A stretch of DNA of 62,451 bases from contig RBNJ01000016.1 of NCBI GenBank assembly GCA_003990765.1, forward strand, positions 1 to 62,451, in the 5' to 3' direction. Positions 34,980-46,859 of the stretch are shown piece by piece (the stretch's first letter is position 1; each line of letters opens with the position of its first letter). Both the position numbers and the translations under genes were made by a program. Origin of the DNA: Jimgerdemannia flammicorona. Taxonomy: Eukaryota. The notes beneath the pieces were generated by a model that saw only the letters and a program-made list of their open reading frames with translations, was not told the origin of the DNA and ran no database searches.

Positions 34980-36412
34980 TGTAATGAACCAAAACATACC
35001 ATCTGAATTGTAACTTAGCCAGATGACATAAACAATCAGCATACTTAACCAGATGACATGGGCTCCTAGCATGATATGACTTCCAGTGTATCATAGTTTC
35101 TTATGCCTGCTATACTTATAATTAGCCAGATATACTGAAAGGGTCTGTTTACCTGTACAGACTCTGTACACCTGCTATAAATAGCAAACCTATAGTTAGC
35201 TACATAGCAACCAGATAGCAACCAACTTGTATAAATTACCCCAGAGACAAGAGTGAATAAACCTCAGTCTGAATTAAAGTACAAACCAAAGAAACCTCTA
35301 AAGATTGAGCATTGGTCCCCTTATTCTCACTCCAGTCCACTTTCCGATATAAAGCTTGAAGATTTTGCCACCAAGTTCGAGTGAAGAACTTTGCCATCTT
35401 TGGAATTATTAGTATGCTTGCCAGACTAAGCCTGAAGAACCTGCCACTTAAAAAATAAGCTGTGCTATTGGTATACTTGCCAGACTAAGCCTGAAGAGCC
35501 CACTGCTTAAGGAATAAGCTGTGCTATTGGTATACTTGTCAGACTAAGCCTGAAGAACCTGAGTTTGCTGCCAAAAGTTCTAGGAAGAACTTTGCCACAA
35601 TTTTCAAGAAGTCCACTAATTCCGAAGAATCCATATTATTTACTGTTTCCAAGTTATTTGCCACATTTCCAGAAAGCTGCCTTGCTTAAGCCAGTTTCTG
35701 ACACAATCTCGCAGTGATCTGTTCATACAAATAAAGCCAGTCATTGATGTACCTTTACCAAGAGACCCTTTTCAAGAAAGCCACTAGCTCATTTCCCAGC
35801 TACTAATTTAGGAAGAATCCATGCCATAGTATTTCCAGTTGAAGTCACTGATTCAGAAGAATCTGTACCACCTGAGTATTATTCTCAGAAGAGCCCAATT
35901 CATGATATCTGAGTTGTTTATTCCCAGTGAGCCCAGTATAGAAGAACTCACCACCAGTATAATTCCCAGTAAGAAGAATCTATGATATTTAAGAACCCTG
36001 CCGATTTAGAAGAATCTATGCCAAATTGAGTTATCTGCCAGATTGCCAGATTGTACTGCATAAGGAATCTGCTTGCACTATACAGGATCATCATACAGAG
36101 ATCATCATGCAGAAATCACATACTTTTGGAGATCATTGTACTACATATGAAATTCTACCAATTCCCAGATTGATCTAAGAAGGAAACCCATTCATACAAA
36201 TCACCACTACACCTAGAGAACCATCTCAATTAGGAAATTGACATACAAATTACTTGCAGATATCCAGCTTTGACTATTATACCACTCAACACCAAGGATC
36301 TCAGGAATCTTAGAACATTTTGTTGTCTTTTGACAAAGTAACTGGGGGCTCAAGCCAAACTACATCAACTCCCAACCTTGTAATTTGTCTCCATTGAGCC
36401 AGGCACATTACA
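34980..36412 (+). repeat. 5' LTR of E
   Basis: TGTAATG...ATTACA; three internal ~59-bp repeats (CAGACTAAGCCTGAAGA). Confidence 0.93.
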
Positions 36413-36414
36413 TT

Positions 36415-36431
36415 TGGGAACTCAACTGGGA
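36415..36431 (+). promoter_or_regulatory. Primer-binding site (tRNA-Pro type, mutated): TGGGAACTCAACTGGGA
   Basis: Immediately 3' of the LTR; differs from the A PBS by two G>A changes. Confidence 0.75.
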
Positions 36432-37349
36432 AATTTTCAAAATCAACATGACTTTTTAGCTCATAAGAACCTACAGTCAAACTGGATACATTTGATACAA
36501 CACCAACCTCTGCCACTACAGGAGAACTAGTTATCACTAGCATCTGGACAGGAAGAGAAGTAATTACATCAAGACTTACCAATTACTTAGCATCAGAAGG
36601 ATTCTAACCAGAGCAACCAGATAACACAGGTGGCCCTGTTAGAGATTTTGAGGAACTTGCATAAGAACTATAAGATCTTATCACTCAAGCCCAAGATCTT
36701 ACAGCCAGACACCCCATACCAGTCCCATCAATTTCACTAATAGAATCTTTACCACAACCTCTTGCAGAATTGGAAGTAGCTCCTACAAGAATACCTAGGC
36801 TCATTCCACTTCATCTAAGGCCCAGAACACCATCCTCAGGATACCCAAGCACCCCCATCTCCAGCAATAGCTCAGAAAGTGAATCAGAATCAGAATCCAG
36901 ACCTGAACTAGAATCAGAAGAAAGTGATAATGAAATAGCCACCTCATTGCCAACCTTTGCAGGATACCCAGAGGAAGACCCCAGAGACTTGATGGAATCG
37001 AAAAAATTGCAGCCCTAAGAAATCTCTCAGATAAAAGAAAAATCGCCATCTATAAGGCCCAGCTCAGAGAACCAGTCAGAGGAATTTTCCACCAGACAGC
37101 AGATAACTCTGATTCAGAATTGGCAAGACAGATACAGGCAGCAATTTCTTAGGAGCTAGAATATGTAGCCATAGTCCACTGGCTTATTGAAAAGTATGCA
37201 GGAAATGAAACCCACCATAAGGCTCAAGAATCCATCATAGAGATGAAGATGAATCTTAGAGCAGATACATCTTTCTCCGGTAACATTCAGGTTACACAAC
37301 CCTTTGGCAACACGTTCGACACAGTTTCTGGAGAAAAGCTACTAGTATC

Positions 37350-39380
37350 ATGGCGACCAATGAGCATCCGGAGGTGCGTACTGGGCAGGGTGGCCCTGGA
37401 GCATTTGACTGGCAGCAAGTGGGGAGAGGCCCCGGCTTGGGGGGAAGTATGAGGGGCCTGCTGGCAGGGGGCCATGGTGGAAGAGGGGGTGGAGCTGGAG
37501 ATCAAGGGTCCGGCAGAGTGAGCTTTGCAGAGAAGGTGAAGGGGGGTCGATAGGGAGCTGGACTGGAGAGCTGGCTGAGAGGGGGGAAAGTACCAGTGGC
37601 AGCTTCCAGGCAGCAACCGCTTGGAGGTGCCTCTCTGGAGGGCCATAGGAGTGGAGTTGGGGGGGTAGCGGCTGGGGTGGGGACTGCTGATGGGGGTGTG
37701 ATGGGTAATCTGGAAAAAAATCTAGATGGGACTGCTGATGGTGAGCCGAGCAGTGGGAAGGGCACGAGGCCCGGGGACCTGGCAGATGGTGTAACAGGAC
37801 TGGCGGTGGCTCCGTTACTCAAGAAGTCGATCTTGGCATTCGCAGTCATGCTGTGCTTCAGGGGCTTAGCAGTAATGGCAAAAATGGTGTTGGGGCTTAT
37901 TGCTAAGCAGGTGGTAGGAGCAGCTTCGGTGAAGTTTCTGAAGGGACTGGAGGGGGTGGAGGTGGGATTTGAGGAGGTGGAACCACTGGAGGAGGCACTG
38001 AAGGTTGGGTTAGTAGTTGGGGAGGTGTATGTTCCGATGGTGAGGTGTTTGAAATGGGATCCGAGGGTGGTCCAACTGCTGGTGAAAGGAGTACCCATGG
38101 TGACGGTGATGGAGACAAGGAAGAGAGTGGAGGATGTCATGGCGGAGTATGGCGAGGTGGTGGATATCGGATTCAGGGTCTGGGAAGGGACTGCGCTCAG
38201 GACTGGGGATGTGGATGTGAGGATTCAGCTAGCTGGGAAAGAGGCTACCAGGAAGATGAGGGACTGGCCTTCGGTGTTGGTCTGGGGGGCTTTCCTATAC
38301 AAGGTGACGCGGGTGAAAGGGAGTGAAGAAGAGGAGGAAGATTTATTGGAAGTGCTGGAGGAGCTGGATGGGGCTGTGGAACAGCGAGCTAAGGCCTGGA
38401 AGGCTTTCGAGGAGTCGATGCTCCTGGAGGTGGTGGATGGAAAGAGGATTCAAGTGGACAAGGTGCAGTGGGAAAGGGCTCAAGGGAGGAAGAGGCAGAA
38501 GGATTTGCTGGCCAAGCTGGGGGGTGGTCATCAGAAGGATGCGAGCATGAAGATGGGTATGGAAGGGGCTGGAGCGAGTGTCTGGGCTGGTGAGAGGAGT
38601 GGGAACGAAGGGGCAGGGTCTGGAAAGGCTAAGGAGGTGGAGATTAGAGACCTATATGCTGACGGCACCTTGGAGATTTGGGACGATGGCTGGGAGAACT
38701 CCCCCACCCCTTCCCCTCTAATCTGGCATGGCCCGGCTTCTAGGAACAAGCCTGGGGAGGATGTGACAATGCTGGGAACCCAGCAGGTGAAATTCAGCGT
38801 TCTGGAGGCGTTGGATGGGGACCAAGTGGGGGCAGCAGGAGAGGAGGAACTGGTAGATGTCCCAGAGGTGTGAGATGAGGACGCGAGTGTGGGAGTGGAC
38901 ACCACAATGCTGGATGGAGGGAGGCCAGTGACCCCGGGTGGTAAGGAGGTGGGGAACCTACTTTGGATGTGCCGGATGATGAATAACCTGGCGGCAGACA
39001 AGCTGGGGGAGGTGGACTTGCGTGGGATGGGTGATGAGCACTGGATGAGAATTTTGCAGGGGGAAGGAGTGGCGATGGCACTGAAGGCGGAAATTCTCGC
39101 GGTGTACCTGGCAGAGGAAGGGTATGAGGTGGATAAGGAGAGGGAGGCAGAGTTGGCAGTGGTCGCTGGGGAGAAGGCTGAATACTGTTGGAACAGGCAT
39201 CATGGATTGCAACTTTGGCAGGAGGCTTGCATCGAGTACCGTGAGGAGTTTGAGGAGAAGGCTGATGAGGAGATGAATGAGTTGTTGGCTGGACTGGAGG
39301 CTCAGAGGGCCGAAGAGGAGGAGGTGATGGCTGAACATAATCTGGACACAGCACAGGAGGAGAGGGGCATGGAGCAGTAG
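37350..39380 (+). pseudogene. LINE-3 ORF1 (single frame, two nonsense stops)
   Basis: ORFs at 37350, 37596 and 38889 share one frame; homologous to 24196-26224. Confidence 0.88.
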
Positions 39381-39410
39381 GGATTGATCAGGAACAAACC
39401 ATATTTCATT

Positions 39411-42400
39411 ATGAACAGTACAACCAACATTTTTTCTTTGAACGTGAATGGGCTTAGGGGCGCAGCTAGATGCAGGAACATTTTTCTTTGGTTGAAGGGA
39501 TTGGAGGCTGATCTCTTCCTCTTGTAGGATGTCAGGTGTGAGGATGATGCTGATACGATGGAATGGACTAAGGAATGGGGTGGCATGGCGATTTGGAACA
39601 GCAAGGTTGGGATTCTGGTTTGGAAAGGCAGAGGGGAGATAAAGGATGTAAGGAGCTGGGGGGAGAGACTGGTCTGGGGTGAGTGGATTCGAGCAGGTTG
39701 GGAGTCAGTCACAGTTGGCTCCTGTTACTGCCCTGCGGTGCGGGGGGAGCACGTGGAATGGGTGAAAAGGCTACTGGAGAGTGAGATCCTTGCTGAAGCT
39801 GGGTTGGATATGCTTGGAGGAGATTTCAATATGGTTCGGGAGATACGACTGGATAGAACTGATAGAGGACGGGGTGCAGAGAGCAGGAGTGGGGGGTTAG
39901 CAACGTGGGAGGAGGTTGAAAGGCTAGGAGTACTGGTGGATGCTGGTAGAGAGCACTGGGGGGATAGGAGAGTATATACGCATTGGGCTGGAGGTCTGGG
40001 GACAAGGATTGACTGGATTCTGATGGCCGACTGTTGGGGCCATGATGTCTGGAAGGTGTTAGAGGTTGAATGGTGCCCATGGTCGGATCACTGGGGTCTC
40101 TTGGGATGGGGGTTTTTTGGGGGAAGTAGAGATGGGCCTGGACATTGGCGCCTGAATTCCTCCTTGTTGGATGATGAGGTCCGGTGGGAGGAGTGGGTGA
40201 AAGACATTCAGCTGAAGGTGGCGAATTGGCAGCAGAAAGGGGCAGTGATTGGGGTTCGGTGGATGAGGATGAAAGAGATGGCCAGGATGTATTGGAGCGA
40301 GGTTGGCAGAGTGGCTGGGAAGCAGCGAAGGCAGAAAGTACATTGGGCTTCTACTAGGTTGGCTAGGCTCCTGGAGGAGTGGGCGAGACTGGCTGCAGTG
40401 GAGGGAGAAGAGGATTGGAGAAATACAAGGGTGAGGATGGAGGTTGGGGAACTGCAACAGGTGCTGTGAGAAGAGGAAGAGTCAAGGGTGCGAGGCCTGG
40501 TGGCTCGGCTTTGCTGGCAGGGGGTGGAGGAAGGAGAGAGGCCTTCCAAGTTTCTCACAAGGACACTTCAGGCGAGAAGGGTACAGCAGCGGTGGGAAGG
40601 GGTACTTGACTCAGATGATGTACTAGTGCATGGTGTACAGGACATCCTTGGAACGCTGAAGGCACGATGGAGTGGATTGTGGAGTGAGGAGGAGGGTGGG
40701 GCAGATGCTACAGCCATTGACCAAACATTAGAAGATTGGCACCCACCACAGGCTGAGGGACTAGGTGATCTGGTGATGCAGGTAAAGGAGGATGAGATCC
40801 ACCAGGTTCTTGCCGCGATAGCCTTGGGTACAGCGCCTGGGGAGGATGGCCTCCCCTGGGATTTCTGGAAGCGAATGGTTGGAGTCCCGGGTATATTGGG
40901 GGAGTTGACAGCACTGTGTGACTCTATATTGCAGTCAGGGAGATGGGTGGGGGAGCAAGACCTTGGGCTGGTGATGCTGCTCTATAAGAACAAGGGAAGG
41001 TGAGAGGATTGGAGGAACTGGCGGCCGATAATGCTGTTAGATATGGATAGGAAGTTGGTGACTAAGGTGGTGGTCGCAAGGCTACAGAAGGTGGCCCAGC
41101 AGATTGTAGGTGTTGAACAGAGGGGCTTCATCAGGGGTCAGCTCATTAGAGATGGCACGGCCTGGGTGCATGGAGTTATTGAAGGTGCTCAAGCCTGTGG
41201 ACTAGATGGGTGTCTTGTCTTCTTGGATCAGGAGAAGGCTTATGACCGGGTACGGCGGGTCTGGCTGGCGAAAGTATTGGATAGAATTGGAGTTCCAGCC
41301 TCATTTCAGTTGGCGATGGTCAGCCTACTGGAAAGGAGTAGGGCTGCACTGGTGTGCAATGGACATCGAGGGGTGGCTTTCCCTCTGGGCAGGGGAGTGC
41401 CCCAGGGGGACCCACTGTCCCCCATTTTGTATGCTCTTTCTTTGGAACCTCTCATGGACAGGATTCGGCAGAGGATCGTGAGGCTATCTATCTATGGAGT
41501 TGGCTGGAAGGTTGGAGCCTTTGCGGACGACATGGTGGTTGGTTTGGGGGTGACTGTGGATGTCGAGGAGCTCCAGAAGACAGTGGAGTGGTATGAGGCG
41601 AACTCTGGGGCAAAGCTGAATTGGCACAAGTGTGAGACAATGGTGCTGGGCAATGGCTTAGTGGGTGGGGAAGTTATTGGAACAATTGTCCCCACTGGAG
41701 AGGCAGTGCGGTACTTGGGCATCTATCTGTCGGTTTATGGGTCTGTTTTGTCCAGGCTGTGGTAGGAGCAGAGGATTGGAATTTGGGAGGAAGACCTGCG
41801 GGGTTGGGGAGGTAGACACTTCTCTCTGGCAGGAAGGATCTCGATTTTGAATGTTTACTGGCTGCCAAAGCTGTGGTATTTGGCCTATCATCTGGACTTC
41901 CCAGCATGAGTGGTGAAGAGATTGGTGAAGGTGGCCAAGGGATGGATTTGGGCTGGCAGATGGAGTCAGATTGGTTGGGAGACGCTGTCCCTACCGGTGA
42001 CAAGAGGTGGTCTTGGGCTGGTGGACTTCCCCAAAAGACTACACTGCTTGTGGGCATGGTGGCTGAGGAGGGCGGTGGAGTTGCATGGAGGGGACTGGGT
42101 CCCCTTGCTGCAGAAGATATGGGAGGGGAGGACATCACCTAGAGGCTTGACTGGCGATCTTCTTTCATTGGTTGGGCTTCAGAACACTGCGCAACTGAGA
42201 TATAAAGGCTTCTGGTGGGGTATAGCTGAGGGGGCACACCGCATTGGTATTCGCTGGCGAGGGGATGAGGGGGAGAGGGCTTGGGGCCCGGTGATGTGGA
42301 GATGGGATTGCATTCTTCTGGGGGGCGTGCCTTTACTGGAGTTCAACATTAGTGATGGCGTCGAATGCCAAAGGGGACCAGGCCAGGATCTGTGGCCTAG

Positions 42401-43067
42401 CAGTTGGCAAGGAGTTGGAATTGGTGAGGAGTGGGACTGGCATGGGGTTTGGACCTAGAGTGCCGCAGTGAAAAATTGGATGCCACCGAAGTACTGGATA
42501 GTCTGGTGGCATGTGCTGAGGAGGAATGTGATGCTTAACTTCTACTCAGGACACCTTGTGGTCAGAGGCTGCTTTGACTGCGAGGAATGCCATAATGTAG
42601 GGCAGGAAGGGGGATTGGTACAGACACCAGAACATTGGCTAGAGGAGTGTGAGGTGTTGGGAGACTTTTGGCAGGCCATTGGGGACCGCTTGGGGGTAAG
42701 GCATAGGGGTGATGATGTACGGGGGAGGTGGGAGGACCTGAGGGATCGATTGATAGGAGGGGTAGGGGAAGAGTGGATTACATTAGGCTGGGCATTGGCT
42801 ATTTGGGTTGGGCTGGCCGGACACTGGCTATTTGTATTTGAGGAGGAGAAGCGACAGAGCTTGGGGAGCAGGTTAGCAAGGTGGCAGTTCCTTATGGAGG
42901 ATACCTTGATGGGATGGTGGCTTGGCTGGGGGCTGCAGGGGGGTCAGAGGCGCTGCTTAATGGTGAAAATCTGTGGTCAGAGTGGTGGGAGAGTTGGAGT
43001 TGTTGGTGAGAGGGTGGTCTTTATATGTGAGGAGGTAGGGTGGGGCCCCCCGATGGGGATTGGTTAG
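39411..43067 (+). pseudogene. LINE-3 ORF2: APE endonuclease-RT-zinc finger (1219 codons, six nonsense stops, no frameshift)
   Basis: SLNVNGLRG, GGDFN, GTAPGEDG, LDQEKAYDRV, GVPQGDPLSP, FADD, CEEC...EHWLEEC. Confidence 0.95.
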
Positions 43068-43146
43068 TGGGTGGTTATATTGTATACTTATTCATAGACT
43101 GGTAATAAAGACGGAGTCCAAGAGACTATAAAAAAAATAAAAAAAA

Positions 43147-43179
<33 letters not shown>

Positions 43180-44369
43180 TGAATCTTAGAGAATCACCCA
43201 GAGCATTCTTCACAAGGATCCAGAAGAGAATGCATGCTGCCAGGTTCAATGCCACCAACCAGAACATCATAGGTCCAATGACCTTCATGAATGGAATTCC
43301 CCAAACATTGCCCAGTATGTCCATGCCCTAGGCATCAGAAGGTCTGAAGAGCAGGTAGATGCAGCCCAAGGATTCTTTGATGTTAGACAAGGAACTACCT
43401 GGAGTGATCATAATAAGAAAGAAGATAAAGAAGACATCCTGGCCAAAGCCCTACAAGGACTCCTTCAAGGACAAGAAAGATCCAAAGAAAGAAGGCCAGC
43501 CAAGGAAGGAAAGAAGGATAGAAGTGAAATCCAAGACCTTAGCTCCAAGTTGGACTGATTGGTTGGACAGATTGAAAAACTCACTATATATAAAAATCAG
43601 AGCTACCAAGATAACAGAGAATACCCACCACAGAGGAGCCAAGGTTATTCACTAAGAGATAACAGAAATTACCAGCAGGAAGAAAGAAGATATTCTGTCT
43701 GAGACAGAGCTTAAGTCCAAAGCTTCCACTGTGGATAACTTGGACACTATGCCATTGAATATAACAGTAAAAGAAGTGACTGAAGGAACTCAGAACCACC
43801 AAACTGAAGGAATGACACTCAGTACAAGAAGGCTGAAGCCCATCTTGTTGAAGATTTCAAGGAAGCAAGCAATAGTAAAGACTACATTGACCTAGACTTA
43901 TACCCTAACAAGGTTGTCACCTGAAAAACAGTCTACCCAGCAGAAAAAAGGAAGAGACCTGTAGGAAGGCCATTCAGAAATAACAGCAGAAGAATCATCC
44001 AAGAAGAAGATGAAGAGCATGAGAAGGAATAAGTAGAAATACCTCCCCAGACTCCTTCACCTTTTGTCCCCAAGACAAATGAGCTACTACCAGAGGATGA
44101 AGAAATGGAACAAGAAGAATGGGAACCTGCTGCCCTAAAGTCCAAGAAAAAGTACACCCCAAAGACCATGCCTAGAGATATCAACAATAAAGCCTGGCAG
44201 AAGATTCAAGAGACCAAGATAGAAGTCCCTCTTCTGCAGTTCCTGTAACTGACACCAGCTGGAGTCTGAAACAAATTGTTGAGAACAACCAGGTCCAGCA
44301 CTGGCCAAGTTCCAATCCCACAGCAAGAACCAGTCCCCATCTCTGTCCAAGCTGCTGAAAGGTATGTCA

Positions 44370-44740
44370 GCACCTATCTACATAGTGATATTGGAGGACA
44401 AAAGGCAAAAATCCTCATAGATACTGGAGCAGCTGTCTGTGTCATTGCCAAACAGTTCCTGGACACCCTCCAATGGCCCATTGATGGACTATCCAACCTC
44501 AGCATCATAGTAGCAGATGGAGCCCAAACTCAACCCCTTGGAGAAGTATGAAACATTACCATCTCTCTTAGACACATTCAGTTCTCTATTCCAAAAGCTG
44601 TTGTCACTGAAGCTGTCACCTATGACATGATCCTTGGTACCAACTAGATAAAGGAAATGAATACAGTTGTTAATATTGGTCAACAAGTACTCAAGTTTGA
44701 CTACTGAGGCAAGAAGTACAGAGTTAAGGTGATCAGCTAT
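44370..44740 (+). pseudogene. Element E aspartic protease
   Basis: ILIDTGAAVC; YDMILGTN*I. Confidence 0.88.
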
Positions 44741-45800
44741 GAGCAATCAAAGAATAAGAAGAGGGTCTCTATTCAGAAAGAATTGCCAGCAGTGAAGAAT
44801 CTATCACAGAGGATGAAGAAGATTCTGAAGATGGAAATGATCCCAGACTCAATCCCCAGATCAACCTAGTGGATGACAGACCAGAAGACAATGTATGGGC
44901 CAAGAACACTATCTCTATCACCATTGGAGCCATTGTAGGAGAAATCAAAGGATGCCCTACCTGCCTCAAGAGATACAAGTGTCCTGAGCATTCCTCCAGG
45001 ATCATGGGAATAAGGAAATCACCAGGCACAGCTTGCCCAGAGTGCAGAAAGAAGAAGAAGAAATGCAGACATGTTCCAGAAACACCTGCAACCAAAGCTA
45101 CAGAAGTACAAGCAATCTGGGGACAAGAATCATCTGGGGAAGAAGAAGTTCCTGACCAAGAAGTACTTGAAGAAGAAGAAGTCCCCTAACTCATTCTCTG
45201 GGATAACCCTCACTGGACACCACCTGAAGACAATGACTCTTGGAATATGGAAGAAGGACCCAGCACAGTCACAATTATTTCCAAGAAAGAAACTTACCAA
45301 GAAAAGGCTTTTCAGCTAGGAAGATGTCCACACTCAATGATCTTTCACTCCCCCTGAGACTACTGCTATCAGTGTCATTTACTAGACCAACAGGAGAGAC
45401 AGAGACCCCAGAGACCAGAACCTCCAAATACAATTACACAGTCAACTACTTTCCAAAAAGTTACCACCAAGTTGCAAAGCCAATTCAGAGGACAAGACCT
45501 CTTCACCCAAACAGAAGTATATCCCTTATCTACTCTTCCACCAACTTATGATCAAGATGGGTACTGATTCCCAAGATAACAGGAGAATAACAACTATAAA
45601 CATCATTTTGAGCAATGGGATATTGTAACCATGAAAGACACCCTGACTGCTGAGACTGCAGACATCAGAAGATTCATCTCAGTCATGATGTAGCAATCCA
45701 TACTTTGAAGAGAGGAGACAATAGAGGCCAGATCTGAAAAAGTCAATTCGAAAAAGGCTAGACCAAGAAGCCAGGAAGAAGAATCCTCAAGATCTACAAT

Positions 45801-46430
45801 TTGAGAGAAGACATCCTAGCTCTCATCAGACATGCAACCTGCCAAGGATGGGCAGAAGATACCACCAACTTCATGGAAGCCCTAGACCCTATAGGAAGAA
45901 GAGGAATTAACTATCTCCAAGACCCCTCTACTGGAGCCAGATGGCCACACCTCAACCTCAGAGTCTGGAGGCTCTCTGCTAGTGGAGCTTTAGCCCTAGG
46001 ACAGCCTGAACTCAGCAAGGTTATTGCCCAGTATGCCTTGCTACATCCCAAGGCCAAACCCCTGACCAAAGCTCACTCAGAAGATATAGGGTGTGATCTT
46101 CACAGTCTAGAGGATGAATCTATCAAGCCTGGAAAAACCTTCATGATCAGAACTGAATTAGCCATGCAGCCACCCCAAGGAGCTTACATCCAACTGACCT
46201 CAAGGTCTGGACTTGCCAGACAAGGAATAACTATAGAAGGAGGAACTATTGACCTAGAATATACAGACAAAATCAAGGTCATCCTACACAACAGTAGTAT
46301 AGAATGACAATGAATTATTAGAGGACAGAAGATTGCCCAAGCAGTCTTCATGAAGGTCAAGACCCTACAATTGCAAGAAGTCTCTGAACTAACTGATAGA
46401 ACAAGACAAGCCAAAGGATTTGGGAACTCA
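45801..46430 (+). pseudogene. dut: Element E pol segment with dUTPase
   Basis: DIGCDL, QLTSRSGLA, GGTIDLEYT, KIAQAV, RQAKGFGNS. Confidence 0.88.
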
Positions 46431-46859
46431 GACAAGAAGGAAGTACATCTCCTTCAAGTCAACTACCTCAAGAGGAATATTCCCCTGCAAGTGTACTGCC
46501 AATAAGTCAAGCTGCACAAGAATCTCATCCTGGAACCTGGAGAACAAACTACCTTCGAAATCTTTGCACCACCCGACCCCAGAAATCTTTTCTTTGAACC
46601 CAAGGAAGATATCCCACACCTGGACATAGAGGGACACACATTCCCTGACAAAATGAATCCAGTATACTCCTGGACAACCAATCAAAGGTGGGAGACCATC
46701 ATCTTGCTGAAAGGAACCATCATGGGACATCTGGTGCCTTTTCTCAACCAAACTCATAGAGAAGTTTATAAACTAAACCTATCAGGAAACAGCAAAAGGT
46801 CCCAGAAGAAAGGAAAGGCCCCTCTGCGACCCAGGAGACAGTAAAGCCTTTCACCAACA

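Larger units (their letters stand above)
37262..43175 (+). mobile_element. Full-length L1/Tx1-type LINE (LINE-3) inserted in gag of E
   Basis: 16-bp TSD AAGATGAATCTTAGAG (37246-37261 / 43176-43191), AATAAA at ~43103, poly(A) tail, two ORFs. Confidence 0.96.

Noticed and set aside
35419-35560. CRISPR-like repeat spacing (CAGACTAAGCCTGAAGA x3)
   Set aside because: Intervening sequences are similar to each other, it lies in a eukaryotic LTR, and there are no cas genes.
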